A DNA stretch of 64,000 nt from Methanobacteriota archaeon (GTDB lineage Archaea > Thermoplasmatota > DTKX01 > VGTL01): positions 9,009-73,008 of the forward strand of contig VGTL01000006.1 of NCBI GenBank assembly GCA_016874675.1, in the 5' to 3' direction. The position numbers and the translations under genes were made by a program. Below are positions 8,505 to 17,278 of this stretch, in pieces (the first letter of the stretch is position 1; each line of letters opens with the position of its first letter). The notes beneath the pieces were generated by a model that was not told where the DNA came from, did no database searches, and was given only the letters and a program-made list of their open reading frames with translations.

Positions 8505-9713
8505 GTGGACAAGGTGAGCGCAATGGCGATACCGGTCGGAAGCAATGCCGGAGCCCCACCGCCAGCCGCCCCGCAACCGGCGGCGGGCGGCGACTTCCAG
8601 GAGGTCAACGACTTCCAGGAGGTCCCGGCCGCCCCCAGGCCGATGGCGGAGGCGCCTCCGGTTCCAGCCCCGGTCCCCGCGGCCCAGACGGTCGGTCCGA
8701 GGCCGGGGGAGGCCTTCCAGGTCGTGACCTCCACGCCCGAGATCGCCAGCCAGAGCACGATGGAGCGGCTCGACGGCGTCGAGCGTACCCTCGAGGAGGC
8801 CATCCGCCGCATAGACACCATCGACAAGTTCACCGAGGCCGTCCGCAACGACATCAACCAGGTCAAGGAGAGCATCTCGCACATGGAGGCGAACATGCGC
8901 GAGCTCACCTCCCTCTACGACCTTATCTCGAGCCAGGTCAATCCCTTCATCGACATGGAGACCGCCGCCGCCAAGGCGGCCGGAGCGGGGGAGGAGGCGG
9001 CCAAGGAGGAGGTCCCCGAGTTCGACGCGCTCTTCGAGCCCACGCCCGAGATGGGCGGCGAGGGCGAGTTCATGCCCGTGGAGCCCGGCGCGCTGCCGCC
9101 GGCGCCCCTCGCCCAGGTGCCCGAAGGCCTCATGGCGCCCGAGCAGCTCCCCGTACAGGCCCTGCCCGGCATGCCCGTGGCGGGCGTCGTGCCGGTCCCG
9201 CCCAAGCCCCAGCGCATGGCCCGGCTGACGCAGATAGGCTCCGACTCGATGTGCCTCATCGCGCTCATGCGGTGGATAGAGTTCATGCTCGGCCGCGTCA
9301 AGCGGGAGCAGGTGCCCTCGCTCCTGGGGTTCTACGTCCGCATCGGCTGGATAAGCGACGGCATCAAGCAGCACGTGATGGACGTCATCCGGGGCATCCG
9401 CTTCGGGCCGGGCGCGCCCGTCGGCGGCGCGACCGGCCGGACCTACGGCTCGTACGAGGCGCCCAAGGACAAGGAGGGCGACGTCGTCATGGCCTACTCC
9501 AAGGAGGCCGTGACGGAGGTCGGGGCGCCCGAGCCGAAGAAGGCGGCGGTCCCGCCCGGCGACGACTGGAAGCTCGCGCCGGAGGACCACCTGAAGACTC
9601 TCATCTTCATCGAGAAGATCCGGGGCACCGAAGTGGACAAGAACAAGCTCGAGGAGCTCGAAAGGGACGTCCTGAACCTGCGCAAGGGCCTGGACGGGTT
9701 CTTCGGGCTCTGA
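8505..9713 (+). CDS. Archaellum accessory protein, FlaC/D/E-like fusion
   Basis: A coiled-coil segment 'ERLDGVERTLEEAIRRIDTIDKFTEAVRNDINQVKESISHMEANMRELTSLYDLISSQVNPF' resembles the FlaC coiled-coil domain ending in '...INPF'. The C-terminal 'LIALMRWIEFMLGRV...GFYVRIGWISD' region resembles the FlaD/E domain. The gene sits between archaellin and FlaF/G. Confidence 0.5.
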   Translation: MDKVSAMAIPVGSNAGAPPPAAPQPAAGGDFQEVNDFQEVPAAPRPMAEAPPVPAPVPAAQTVGPRPGEAFQVVTSTPEIASQSTMERLDGVERTLEEAIRRIDTIDKFTEAVRNDINQVKESISHMEANMRELTSLYDLISSQVNPFIDMETAAAKAAGAGEEAAKEEVPEFDALFEPTPEMGGEGEFMPVEPGALPPAPLAQVPEGLMAPEQLPVQALPGMPVAGVVPVPPKPQRMARLTQIGSDSMCLIALMRWIEFMLGRVKREQVPSLLGFYVRIGWISDGIKQHVMDVIRGIRFGPGAPVGGATGRTYGSYEAPKDKEGDVVMAYSKEAVTEVGAPEPKKAAVPPGDDWKLAPEDHLKTLIFIEKIRGTEVDKNKLEELERDVLNLRKGLDGFFGL

Positions 9714-9732
9714 GGCCGCGGAGGGTGGAGCT

Positions 9733-10164
9733 TTGGGGCTCAGCGTCTCCGCAAGCTTCGCCATCCTCGCCGTCGCGTTCTTCATCGGGGTCGCCCCCCT
9801 CATCGAGTCGGTGTTCTACGCCTCCAACAGGCTCATGGAGGGCGCCAACGATGTCGCCGACTGGAAGATGGCCTGGGCCCGGACCAACATCCAGGTCGAC
9901 AACGCCACCTACAACGGCACCCTGACGCTTCTGAACCTCACGAACATCGGGAGCACGGTGCTCACCGTGGACGGGGTCTCCGTGCTCCTGAACGGGACGT
10001 ACGTGCCGCACAACGCCACCAACGCCACGGTCGAGGGCAAGGCCACCGACATCTGGTCCCCCAACGAGAAGCTCCGGCTGGAGCTGAACGTGACCTCCGC
10101 GCTCGACGAGCGGGTGGTCGTGGTCACCGGCAACGGCGTGGCGAAGTACGGGGTGATCGCCTGA
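9733..10164 (+). CDS. FlaF/ArlF-like archaellum stator protein
   Basis: An N-terminal hydrophobic helix is followed by a beta-rich domain with many N-glycosylation sequons (NATY, NGT, NLT, NAT). Operon position follows FlaC/D/E. Start is a TTG codon. Confidence 0.5.
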   Translation: MGLSVSASFAILAVAFFIGVAPLIESVFYASNRLMEGANDVADWKMAWARTNIQVDNATYNGTLTLLNLTNIGSTVLTVDGVSVLLNGTYVPHNATNATVEGKATDIWSPNEKLRLELNVTSALDERVVVVTGNGVAKYGVIA

Positions 10165-10167
10165 ACG

Positions 10168-10275
10168 AGGGGTCAGGGTTCGGGGTCCAGGGTTCAGGGC
10201 GGGAGCCGCGCCTGCCCGTCCCGCCCGTCGTCGTCCCCCTGCACCCTGCACCCTGCACCCTGCACCCCCGTCCCG
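10168..10275. repeat. G-tract tandem array + core + C-tract inverted array (hairpin/G4-capable), between flaF and flaG
   Basis: The element reads '(GGGTYCA)n gggcgggagccgcg CCTGCCCGTCCC gcccgtcgtcgtc (CCCTGCA)4 ccc'. Its central core is shared with the 16424-16572 element. Confidence 0.7.
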
Positions 10276-10291
10276 GTGGGGAGGCGCCGTA

Positions 10292-10744
10292 ATGCCCGGG
10301 ACCTCCGCCTCCCACATGATCTTCTTCATCGCATCCATGATCGTGGCCACGGCCGTGGCGGGCATCTTCGTGACCACGGTCATCAACCTGGCCGGTGACA
10401 TCAGGGAAGCGGCGGACGACGAGGCGAAACAATTCAACACCCAGGTCACGATAATCAACGACCCCTCCGCGATGCCCTACAACGACACCTGCTCGACCCT
10501 CGTACTCTATGTCAAGAACATCGGTTCCAACATCCTGGGCAGCAACACGGTCACCATTCTCATCAACGGGACCTACTTCACCAGGGACAACATGACCTTC
10601 CGGCTCCTCGACGGGGCGACCGAGTGGGGGAAGGAGGTCGTCTTGGAGATCACCCTGACCAACATAACCCTGGCAACCGGCGACCACAGCCTCAAGCTGA
10701 TAGTGCAGGGAAAGGAGTCGGTCGTTTTCAAGTTCAAGATATGA
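10292..10744 (+). CDS. FlaG/ArlG-like archaellum protein
   Basis: Architecture is the same as FlaF (N-terminal TM 'MIFFIASMIVATAVAGIFVTTVINLAG' plus a beta domain with NxT sequons) and the gene is adjacent to FlaF. Confidence 0.5.
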   Translation: MPGTSASHMIFFIASMIVATAVAGIFVTTVINLAGDIREAADDEAKQFNTQVTIINDPSAMPYNDTCSTLVLYVKNIGSNILGSNTVTILINGTYFTRDNMTFRLLDGATEWGKEVVLEITLTNITLATGDHSLKLIVQGKESVVFKFKI

Positions 10745-10788
10745 CCCCCCGCCAACCTTTTTCTACCCGAAGGTGAATTGACCGCGCG

Positions 10789-12627
10789 ATGGAGTTTCTG
10801 GAGTGGGCCCGCCGGCAATGGAGGGAGTCCGACCGGCTCTCCGCGGTGCTCTGGGCGGTTGTCATCGGCGCCATCGCCATCCGCTCGGTGCCGGGCTGGA
10901 TATACCCGGCCTGGGGAAGCGACTTTGGCATCTATTTCGGCATAACCCAGGACTTCGTCGAGAACCCGCAGTTCTTCCGACCGTACAGCGGCTGGGGCAC
11001 GAGCTACAGCTACTTCCCCGTGCTCTACGCCACGACGGCCGCGGTGCACGGCCTCACCGGATTGGACCTGGCCTTCCTGATGCCCAAGGTGGCACCGGTG
11101 TTCGGCGGGCTGACCGTGCTGCTGCTCTATCTCTCGGTGAAGGGGCTCTTCGGGCGGCGCGAGGTCGCCCTGCTCGCGGCGGCATTCCTGGCGGCCAATC
11201 CGTTCCAGGTATACCAGACCAGCCACGCCGCGCCCATGACCATGGGGCACTTCTTCCTGTGCCTCTCCGTCCTGCTCTTCGTGCTGCACCGGAGGGACAG
11301 GTTCTGGACCGGGCCGCTCTACATCTCGACCGCCATGCTGGTCGGCTCGCACCACCTCGGGACCTACTTCTACATCCTCTTCGTGTTCGCGGCGATCGTC
11401 TGGCGCAACCTCCAGTCGCGCGAGTGGACCGAGAACCTCAAGGAGGAGCTCTTCTACTTCCTGGCGACCGTCACTCTCACCTTCTCCTACTGGATACTGG
11501 TGGCGACCCCGGTCTTCCGGGCGGACTTCGCCTCGGCCCTGCCCATCGGCTCGTGGTCCACGGTCGGGCTGTTCTACGTGCTGGTCGCCGGGGTGTTCGC
11601 CGCCATCATCTTCCTGCGCCGGTCGGAGCGCTTCCGGCGGTTCGTGGCGTGGAAGCTCTGGTGGCCCACGCCGCGCGAGGACGCGGTGAAGGTCGGGGCG
11701 ACCGTGGCGGCCTGCGCGGGATTGTCGGCGCTGTTCACGGTCGTCCCCATATACGGCTCGAACTTCACCTTCCTGCCCGCGGCGACCGCCTTCCTCCTGC
11801 CCCTTTTCTTCATCCTGGGGCTATCCGTGGCCGGCTACCGGTACCTCGACCGTTTCCCGGACCGGGCCTACGTCAAGGCGTGGCTCCTGTCCACCACCGC
11901 CTCCTTCCTGTTCGCCGTAATGACGCGCAACCAGGCCATATATTCCTTCCGTCACCTCGAGTACTTCGCCTACCCGCTCTCGATAATGGCGGGGGTCGCG
12001 GTGTGGGAGATTTGGGGGTATATGGGGAAGGCAGGAAGGCAACGAGGCAGCAAGGCAGCAGGGAAGGACCAAGGCACTTTGGGCGCAAAGGGGGAGGCGG
12101 GCGACCGGACGCCGGGGAGGAAGTGGTTCGCACTCGGCGTCGCGGCGCTGGTGGTGGCGAGCGCCGCCACCGCCTACTCGGTGCAGAGCACCACCTCGCG
12201 GTTCGAGGAGTCCATCTCGGCCGAGGTGTTCGAGGCGGCCGACTGGATGCAGGAGAACGTGCACACCAACCTGACCGTGGCGAGCGACCACCGCGTGAGC
12301 CAGATAATCTGGACAAGGGGGTTCAAGGTCACCTCCGACGAGGCCTACTGGATATTCTTCGCCGAGAACTGGACCGATGCCCTAGACGAGCTCAACGGCA
12401 CCCAAAGGACCTACGGGAGGGTGGGCTTCGTCGTCATCGACGACGTGATGCGAGAGAAGGGCGTGCAGTCCAACCTCAACGAGACCCCCCGGCCGATAAC
12501 CGACCTCCATTACGCCAAATTCTCGCAGGAGCCGTTCCGGCTCCTCTTCCGCGCCCGGAGCGCCGACGGTTCGAAATGGGCCGAGGTCTCCGCGGTGGAC
12601 TGGGGGTACATAGAGAAAAACGGTTGA
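10789..12627 (+). CDS. Polytopic membrane glycosyltransferase (GT-C fold, PMT/ArnT/AglB-like) with soluble C-terminal domain
   Basis: About 11 predicted TM helices lie in the N-terminal 400 aa and the C-terminal domain is soluble. The gene is adjacent to the archaellum genes. No WWDYG motif is present, so it is not a canonical AglB. It contains an in-frame repeat insertion at 12022-12080. Confidence 0.5.
   Translation: MEFLEWARRQWRESDRLSAVLWAVVIGAIAIRSVPGWIYPAWGSDFGIYFGITQDFVENPQFFRPYSGWGTSYSYFPVLYATTAAVHGLTGLDLAFLMPKVAPVFGGLTVLLLYLSVKGLFGRREVALLAAAFLAANPFQVYQTSHAAPMTMGHFFLCLSVLLFVLHRRDRFWTGPLYISTAMLVGSHHLGTYFYILFVFAAIVWRNLQSREWTENLKEELFYFLATVTLTFSYWILVATPVFRADFASALPIGSWSTVGLFYVLVAGVFAAIIFLRRSERFRRFVAWKLWWPTPREDAVKVGATVAACAGLSALFTVVPIYGSNFTFLPAATAFLLPLFFILGLSVAGYRYLDRFPDRAYVKAWLLSTTASFLFAVMTRNQAIYSFRHLEYFAYPLSIMAGVAVWEIWGYMGKAGRQRGSKAAGKDQGTLGAKGEAGDRTPGRKWFALGVAALVVASAATAYSVQSTTSRFEESISAEVFEAADWMQENVHTNLTVASDHRVSQIIWTRGFKVTSDEAYWIFFAENWTDALDELNGTQRTYGRVGFVVIDDVMREKGVQSNLNETPRPITDLHYAKFSQEPFRLLFRARSADGSKWAEVSAVDWGYIEKNG
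12022..12080. repeat. Single-arm GGCAGNAAG tandem array inserted in-frame in glycosyltransferase CDS
   Basis: The sequence 'gggaaggcaggaaggcaacgaggcagcaaggcagcagggaagg' encodes 'GKAGRQRGSKAAGKDQG' in a loop between predicted TM helices. Confidence 0.65.
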
Positions 12628-12745
12628 GGCAGGAAGGCAGCAAGGCAACACGGCAGAAAGGCAGAAAAGGGACGAGACCCCTTCTCGTCCGCTCCCCTTC
12701 TCCCTTGCTGCCTTTCTGCCTTCCCGCCTTCCTGCCTTTCCCCGA
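12628..12745. repeat. Inverted-repeat element (GGCAGNAAG)n ... (CTTNCTGCC)n between convergent genes
   Basis: The element reads 'ggcaggaaggcagcaaggcaacacggcagaaaggcagaaaag' / palindromic centre 'gacgagaccccttctcgtc' / 'cccttgctgcctttctgccttcccgccttcctgcc'. Confidence 0.8.
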
Positions 12746-12749
12746 CAGC

Positions 12750-14471
12750 CTAGTATTTCCTCTCCTGCGGCGGATACTTCGTTATGGCGACGGGCTTGTA
12801 GTCGAGGACTATGTCGTCCCCCTTCCTGCGGGCCAGGGTGTGCTTGAGCCAGTTTTGGTCGTCGCGCTTTGGGAAGTCGCGGCGGAAGTGCGAGCCGCGG
12901 CTCTCCGTCCGGTTGATGGCGCACAGGGCGATGACCTCGGCGACCTCGAGCAGGCTCTGGAGCTCCAGCGCCTCGATGAGCTCGGTGTTGAAGACCAAGG
13001 ACCCGCCGGACAGGTGGATGTCCTTGTACCGCTTCTTGAGCTCGCGCGCCTTGGCCAGCGCCTCCTTCATAGGCCCCTCCGTCCTGTAGATGCCGACCTT
13101 GTCGAACATGACGGTCTGGAGCTCTTCGCGTATCCTCGGTACGGACTCCGGCCCGCGCGCATCGAGCAGCGCCCCGATGCGCTTCTTCTCGGTCTCCAGC
13201 ACGCCGGCCGGGACCTCCGGCAGCGCCGTGCCCTTCACGAACGCCGCGGCGGCCATCCCGGCGCGCCGGCCGAAGACGACCGTCTCGAGCAACGAGTTCC
13301 CGCCCAGGCGGTTGGCGCCGTGCACGGAGATGCAGGAGCACTCGCCGGCGGCGAACAGGCCCTTCAGCGTCGACGCCCCGTTCACGTCCGTCGGGACGCC
13401 TCCCATCGAGTAGTGCGCGGTCGGCCGGATGGGCAGGGGCTGGGTGAGGCAGTCCACCGCGGCGAAGTTGATGCCCAGCTCGCGTATCTGCGGGAGCCTC
13501 TCCTGTATCTTGGCGCACCCGAGGTGCCGCAGGTCCAAATCGACGTACGGCCTGCCCTTGACGCCGCGGCCCTCCTCTATCTCGGTCTGTATGGCCCGGG
13601 CGACGACGTCGCGGGGAGCAAGCTCCATCTTCCCGGCGGCGTACCTCGACATGAAGCGCTCGCCCTTGCCGTTGACGATGTACGCGCCCTCGCCCCGGGC
13701 GCCCTCCGTGACCAGGATGCCGGTCGGGTACAGGCCAGTGGGGTGGAACTGGACGAACTCCATGTCCTCGAGGGGGACGCCCTCCCGGAACGCCATCGCC
13801 ATCCCGTCTCCGGTGACGTCCATCGCGTTGGAGGTGACGGAGAACACGCGCCCGTAGCCACCGGTCGCCAGGAGGACCGCCTTGGCCCGGAAGAGGTGGA
13901 GCTCCCCGGTCCTCTGGTCCAGGGCCACGACGCCGCCCACGACCCCGTCCTTCACGACGAGCCTCGTCGTGTAGTATTCCTCGTAGACCATGACGCCCTG
14001 CCTGAGCAGGTTCTCGTACATCGTGTGGAGGAGCGCCTGCCCGGTCCGGTCCTGTATGAAGCAGGTGCGCGGGAAGTTCTGGCCGCCGAAGGGCCTCTGG
14101 TCGATTGTGCCCAGGCGGCCCTCGAAGTGCCTCTGGGCCAGCGCCTCGCCCTCCCCGACCATCGAGAAGGCCGCGCCCATGTGCTCCAGCTCGTAGATGT
14201 TCATCGGCGCCTCGGCGATGAGCACCTCGATTCTGTCCTGGTCCCCGAGGTAGTCGGAGCCCTTGACGGTGTCGAACTCGTGGTCCTTGATGGTGTCTTC
14301 GGGGTTGATGACGGCGTTGATGCCGCCCTGCGCCGCCACCGAGTGGGAGCGCACCGGGTGGAGCTTGGAGACTATCGCGACATCGGCGCCCTGGCGCGAG
14401 GCCTCGATGGCCGCCCTCATCCCGGCGAGCCCGGCCCCGACTATGACCACGTCGTGGGTGAAAACGGTCAT
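12750..14471 (-). CDS. sdhA: Succinate dehydrogenase/fumarate reductase flavoprotein subunit
   Basis: The N-terminus has an FAD Rossmann fold '[17 protein letters not shown]' and '[12 protein letters not shown]', and the length is 573 aa. Confidence 0.9.
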   Translation of the reverse strand: MTVFTHDVVIVGAGLAGMRAAIEASRQGADVAIVSKLHPVRSHSVAAQGGINAVINPEDTIKDHEFDTVKGSDYLGDQDRIEVLIAEAPMNIYELEHMGAAFSMVGEGEALAQRHFEGRLGTIDQRPFGGQNFPRTCFIQDRTGQALLHTMYENLLRQGVMVYEEYYTTRLVVKDGVVGGVVALDQRTGELHLFRAKAVLLATGGYGRVFSVTSNAMDVTGDGMAMAFREGVPLEDMEFVQFHPTGLYPTGILVTEGARGEGAYIVNGKGERFMSRYAAGKMELAPRDVVARAIQTEIEEGRGVKGRPYVDLDLRHLGCAKIQERLPQIRELGINFAAVDCLTQPLPIRPTAHYSMGGVPTDVNGASTLKGLFAAGECSCISVHGANRLGGNSLLETVVFGRRAGMAAAAFVKGTALPEVPAGVLETEKKRIGALLDARGPESVPRIREELQTVMFDKVGIYRTEGPMKEALAKARELKKRYKDIHLSGGSLVFNTELIEALELQSLLEVAEVIALCAINRTESRGSHFRRDFPKRDDQNWLKHTLARRKGDDIVLDYKPVAITKYPPQERKY

Positions 14472-14583
14472 CGCGACCCCCCAGCATTGAAATGCGAGGC
14501 CCCACGCTTCGCTGCGTGAGACAGACCCCGGATTGAAATCCGGGGCATCGACGCGCTAGCCCGGCTTGAACCAAGCAATCGGT

Positions 14584-15447
14584 TCAAGCTCCCACCTTCT
14601 TTAAGAGGTTCGTGGCCTTCACCTGGTTGATCTTGAACCCGAGCTCCTTCGGGTCTATTCCGAACGCCACCCCCAGGAGCTGCGGCAGGTACAGCACCGG
14701 GAGGTTGTACTCGCCTATCGTGTTTTGGTAGACATCGTACATTATCCCGCAGAACGGGCACTGGGTGACCATGCCCTCGGCGCCGGAGGCCCTGATGTTG
14801 TCGAGCTTGTACTTCGTCATGTTCACCGAGGTCTTCTCGTCGACCGCGAGCAACGCCGCGCCGCAGCAGGCCATCTTGTCTTTGAAGTCGACCGAGGAGG
14901 CGCCGGTCGCCTCGATGAGGTCGTCCAGGGTGTGGGGCCGCCGGTAGTCGTCGAAGCCGTCGAAGACGGCCGCCGGCTTCACGTAGTGGCAGCCGTAGTC
15001 GGCGGCGAGCTTCACGCCTTTGAACGGCCTGACGACCAGCGACCGTATCCTCTCGACGCCGACGTCCTCGTAGAGCATCCGGGTGAAGTGCCTTATCCTC
15101 GTCGTGCCCCTGTACTCCATCCCGATCTCCCCGAGGGCGTCCCCGAGCTTCCCGCGGTACTTCCGGTCCGTCCTGAAGAGGTGGTTCGCCTTGGAGAGCG
15201 TCGAGCCGCAAGTGGAGCACAGCGTCACGACCTCCAGTCCCGCCTCCTCGGCGACGGCCAGGTTCCGTATGCTGATCGTCTTCTGCTTGAAGGTGTCCTT
15301 GGCCTCGTAGGGGAACCCGCAGCAGGTGAAGCCCTCGGGGTAGACGAGCTCGATGCCCAGCTTCCCGGCCACCTTCAGGGCGGACACCTCGTAGTTCTGC
15401 ATCTGGGCCGGCACCGTGCAGCCGGTGAATAGCGCGTATCTCTTCAC
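14584..15447 (-). CDS. HdrB-like subunit with two CCG domains (SdhE/TfrB-type)
   Basis: There are two Cys-rich CCG motifs (CxnCCGFP...C / ...MACCGAALL). The gene overlaps the sdhB stop by 4 nt. Confidence 0.8.
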   Translation of the reverse strand: MKRYALFTGCTVPAQMQNYEVSALKVAGKLGIELVYPEGFTCCGFPYEAKDTFKQKTISIRNLAVAEEAGLEVVTLCSTCGSTLSKANHLFRTDRKYRGKLGDALGEIGMEYRGTTRIRHFTRMLYEDVGVERIRSLVVRPFKGVKLAADYGCHYVKPAAVFDGFDDYRRPHTLDDLIEATGASSVDFKDKMACCGAALLAVDEKTSVNMTKYKLDNIRASGAEGMVTQCPFCGIMYDVYQNTIGEYNLPVLYLPQLLGVAFGIDPKELGFKINQVKATNLLKKVGA

Positions 15448-16334
15448 TTGGCCACCCCCTTCTTCTTCAGGATTGGCTCCAGCTTGGGAGCATTGTTGGG
15501 GGTGAGCGGCGGAAGCCCCAGCTTCTCCCGCATGCGCAGGGCGAACTCGTCAAGCTCGTAGACGCGCCCCATCTTCTCGAGGTTCTCGGCGGTGGTCTTC
15601 AGCCCGTCGGGGGCCTTGTTCTCCGAAAACCAGCTGTTCTTGAAGGAGGCGATGCACTCGTTGGTCGGGATGAGCTTGGGGCACGATTCGCCGCAGTTGC
15701 CGCATATCGCGCACAGCCAGACGCCTATCCCCGTTCTGGCCTTGAGCTCGTCCAGACGCTTATTCCCGAGCCTGTCGCGCGGGTCGTGCATGAACCGGTA
15801 GGCCCGCACGATGGCCGCCGGCCCCACGAAGTCCCTGTTCGAGCGGAGCGCCTCGCAATCGGAGTGGCACGAGGCGCAGAATATGCAGCCCTCCGTCTTG
15901 CGGATCTCGGAAAGGTCGTCGGCGGTGACCTCCATGAGAGCCTTCCCGGTGTGGCGGAACTCGCCGCTCTCGTTCCAGGGGTGGACCTGCCTGATCTTGC
16001 CCCAGAAGGCGTCGAGGTTGACCACGAGGTCCTTTATGATGTCGAAGTTGGCCAGGGGCTCGACGAGCAACCTGCCCCCGACGATGTTGTCGTTTATCTG
16101 GGCGTTGCAGCAGGGCCGGGAGCTCCCGTTGATGCGCACCGCGCAGGAGCCGCAGATGCCCGACCGGCAGGAGCGGCGGAAGCTGAGGGTGGGGTCGGTC
16201 TCGGCCTTTATCTGGAGCAGCCCGTCGAGCACTGTCATTCCCGGCTCGTTGCGGACCCTGTACTCCTTGAAGCGCGGCTCTCTGTCCGTCTTCGGGTCGA
16301 AGCGCTGGACCCGGAACGTCACCTCGCTTGCCAT
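15444..16334 (-). CDS. sdhB: Succinate dehydrogenase/fumarate reductase iron-sulfur subunit
   Basis: It carries a 2Fe-2S motif 'CRSGICGSCAVRING', a 4Fe-4S motif 'CIFCASCHSDC' and a 3Fe-4S motif 'CAICGNCGESCP'. The ORF-track start at 16490 extends into a repeat; 'MASEV' at 16334 is preferred. Confidence 0.85.
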   Translation of the reverse strand: MASEVTFRVQRFDPKTDREPRFKEYRVRNEPGMTVLDGLLQIKAETDPTLSFRRSCRSGICGSCAVRINGSSRPCCNAQINDNIVGGRLLVEPLANFDIIKDLVVNLDAFWGKIRQVHPWNESGEFRHTGKALMEVTADDLSEIRKTEGCIFCASCHSDCEALRSNRDFVGPAAIVRAYRFMHDPRDRLGNKRLDELKARTGIGVWLCAICGNCGESCPKLIPTNECIASFKNSWFSENKAPDGLKTTAENLEKMGRVYELDEFALRMREKLGLPPLTPNNAPKLEPILKKKGVAK

Positions 16335-16403
16335 CCCGATACCGTCCTCTCCCCGAGCCCGGAACCCCCCGATTCTCGGGACAGTCCGTGCATAGGGCCG
16401 GCT

Positions 16404-16415
16404 GTATATATATCC
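16404..16415 (-). promoter_or_regulatory. TATA-like element for sdhB operon
   Basis: The sequence 'gtatatatatcc' lies about 70 bp upstream of the sdhB ATG on the minus strand. Confidence 0.35.
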
Positions 16416-16423
16416 ATCTTGAG

Positions 16424-16572
16424 ACAAGGGGCAAGGGGCAATGGGCAATGGGCAATGGGCAAGGGGCAAGGGGCAAGGGGCAAGGGGCAAGGGGCAAGGG
16501 GCGGACGGAGCCTGCCCGTCCCTTGACCCGTGCCCCGTGCCCCGTGCCCCTCGCCCTTGTTTCTTGCCCCTC
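16424..16572. repeat. (GGGGCAA/GGGCAAT)n array + core + (CCCCGTG)n inverted array; canonical G-quadruplex motifs on both strands
   Basis: About 12 heptamer units are followed by 'ggcggacggaGCCTGCCCGTCCCttgacc' and then 'cgtgccccgtgccccgtgcccctcgccc'. It lies in the sdhB / sod divergent region. Confidence 0.8.
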
Positions 16573-16604
16573 CATTATGAGAGATTCGTGCCAGATTCTG
16601 CAAT

Positions 16605-16616
16605 AGCTATAAAAAC
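16605..16616 (+). promoter_or_regulatory. TATA-like element for sod
   Basis: The sequence 'agctataaaaac' lies about 40 bp upstream of ATG 16655. A GGAGCGGAG Shine-Dalgarno lies at 16643-16651. Confidence 0.4.
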
Positions 16617-16654
16617 GGCAAGCCCGTTGAGGCGCACCAACAGGAGCGGAGAAA

Positions 16655-17269
16655 ATGGAACAGCCCAGGTTCTACCAGTTGCCCGAGTTGGAGTACGACT
16701 ACAAGGACCTCGCGCCGGCGATGAGCGAGGAGCAGCTCCGGCTGCACCACACCAAGCACCACCAGGCGTATATCAACGGCGCCAACGCGATACTCGAGAA
16801 GCTCGACAAGGCCCGCAAGGAGAGCGCCGAGGTCGACCAGAAGGCCGTCTTAAAGGAGCTCTCCTTCCACGAGGGCGGGTTCGTCCTGCACAACCTCTTT
16901 TGGGAGAACCTGGGGCCCCACGGAAAGGCCGGCGGGAAGCCCTCGGGCGTCCTCCTGGAAGAGATCAACCGGGAGTTCGGCTCGTTCGAGCGCTTCAAGG
17001 CCGAGTTCTCCAAGGCCGCGAACTCCGTCGAGGGCTCGGGCTGGGCGGCGCTGACCCGCTGCCGCGGCACCGGCCGGCTCCTGCTCATGCAGATAGAGAA
17101 GCACAACGTCAACGTCTTTCCGCACTACCGCCTGCTCATGGTGCTCGACGTCTGGGAGCACGCCTACTACCTGGACTACAAAAACGACCGCGCCAAGTAC
17201 GTCGAGGGCTTCTGGAGCATCGTGAACTGGGACGTCGTGAACAAGCGGCTGGAAGCGCTGCTCAAGTAG
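16655..17269 (+). CDS. sod: Fe/Mn superoxide dismutase
   Basis: Sequences '[15 protein letters not shown]', '[11 protein letters not shown]' and the 204-aa length fit the family. Confidence 0.9.
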   Translation: MEQPRFYQLPELEYDYKDLAPAMSEEQLRLHHTKHHQAYINGANAILEKLDKARKESAEVDQKAVLKELSFHEGGFVLHNLFWENLGPHGKAGGKPSGVLLEEINREFGSFERFKAEFSKAANSVEGSGWAALTRCRGTGRLLLMQIEKHNVNVFPHYRLLMVLDVWEHAYYLDYKNDRAKYVEGFWSIVNWDVVNKRLEALLK

Positions 17270-17278
17270 ATTGTTGAA

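Noticed and set aside
10789-12627. Oligosaccharyltransferase AglB
   Set aside because: It is a GT-C membrane protein next to archaellum genes, but the diagnostic WWDYG motif is absent from the C-terminal domain. It is called a generic GT-C glycosyltransferase instead.
16424-16572. Short tandem repeats as a possible CRISPR array
   Set aside because: Units are only 7-9 nt with no unique spacers, and no cas genes are present. The architecture is an array plus an inverted array, not a repeat-spacer structure.
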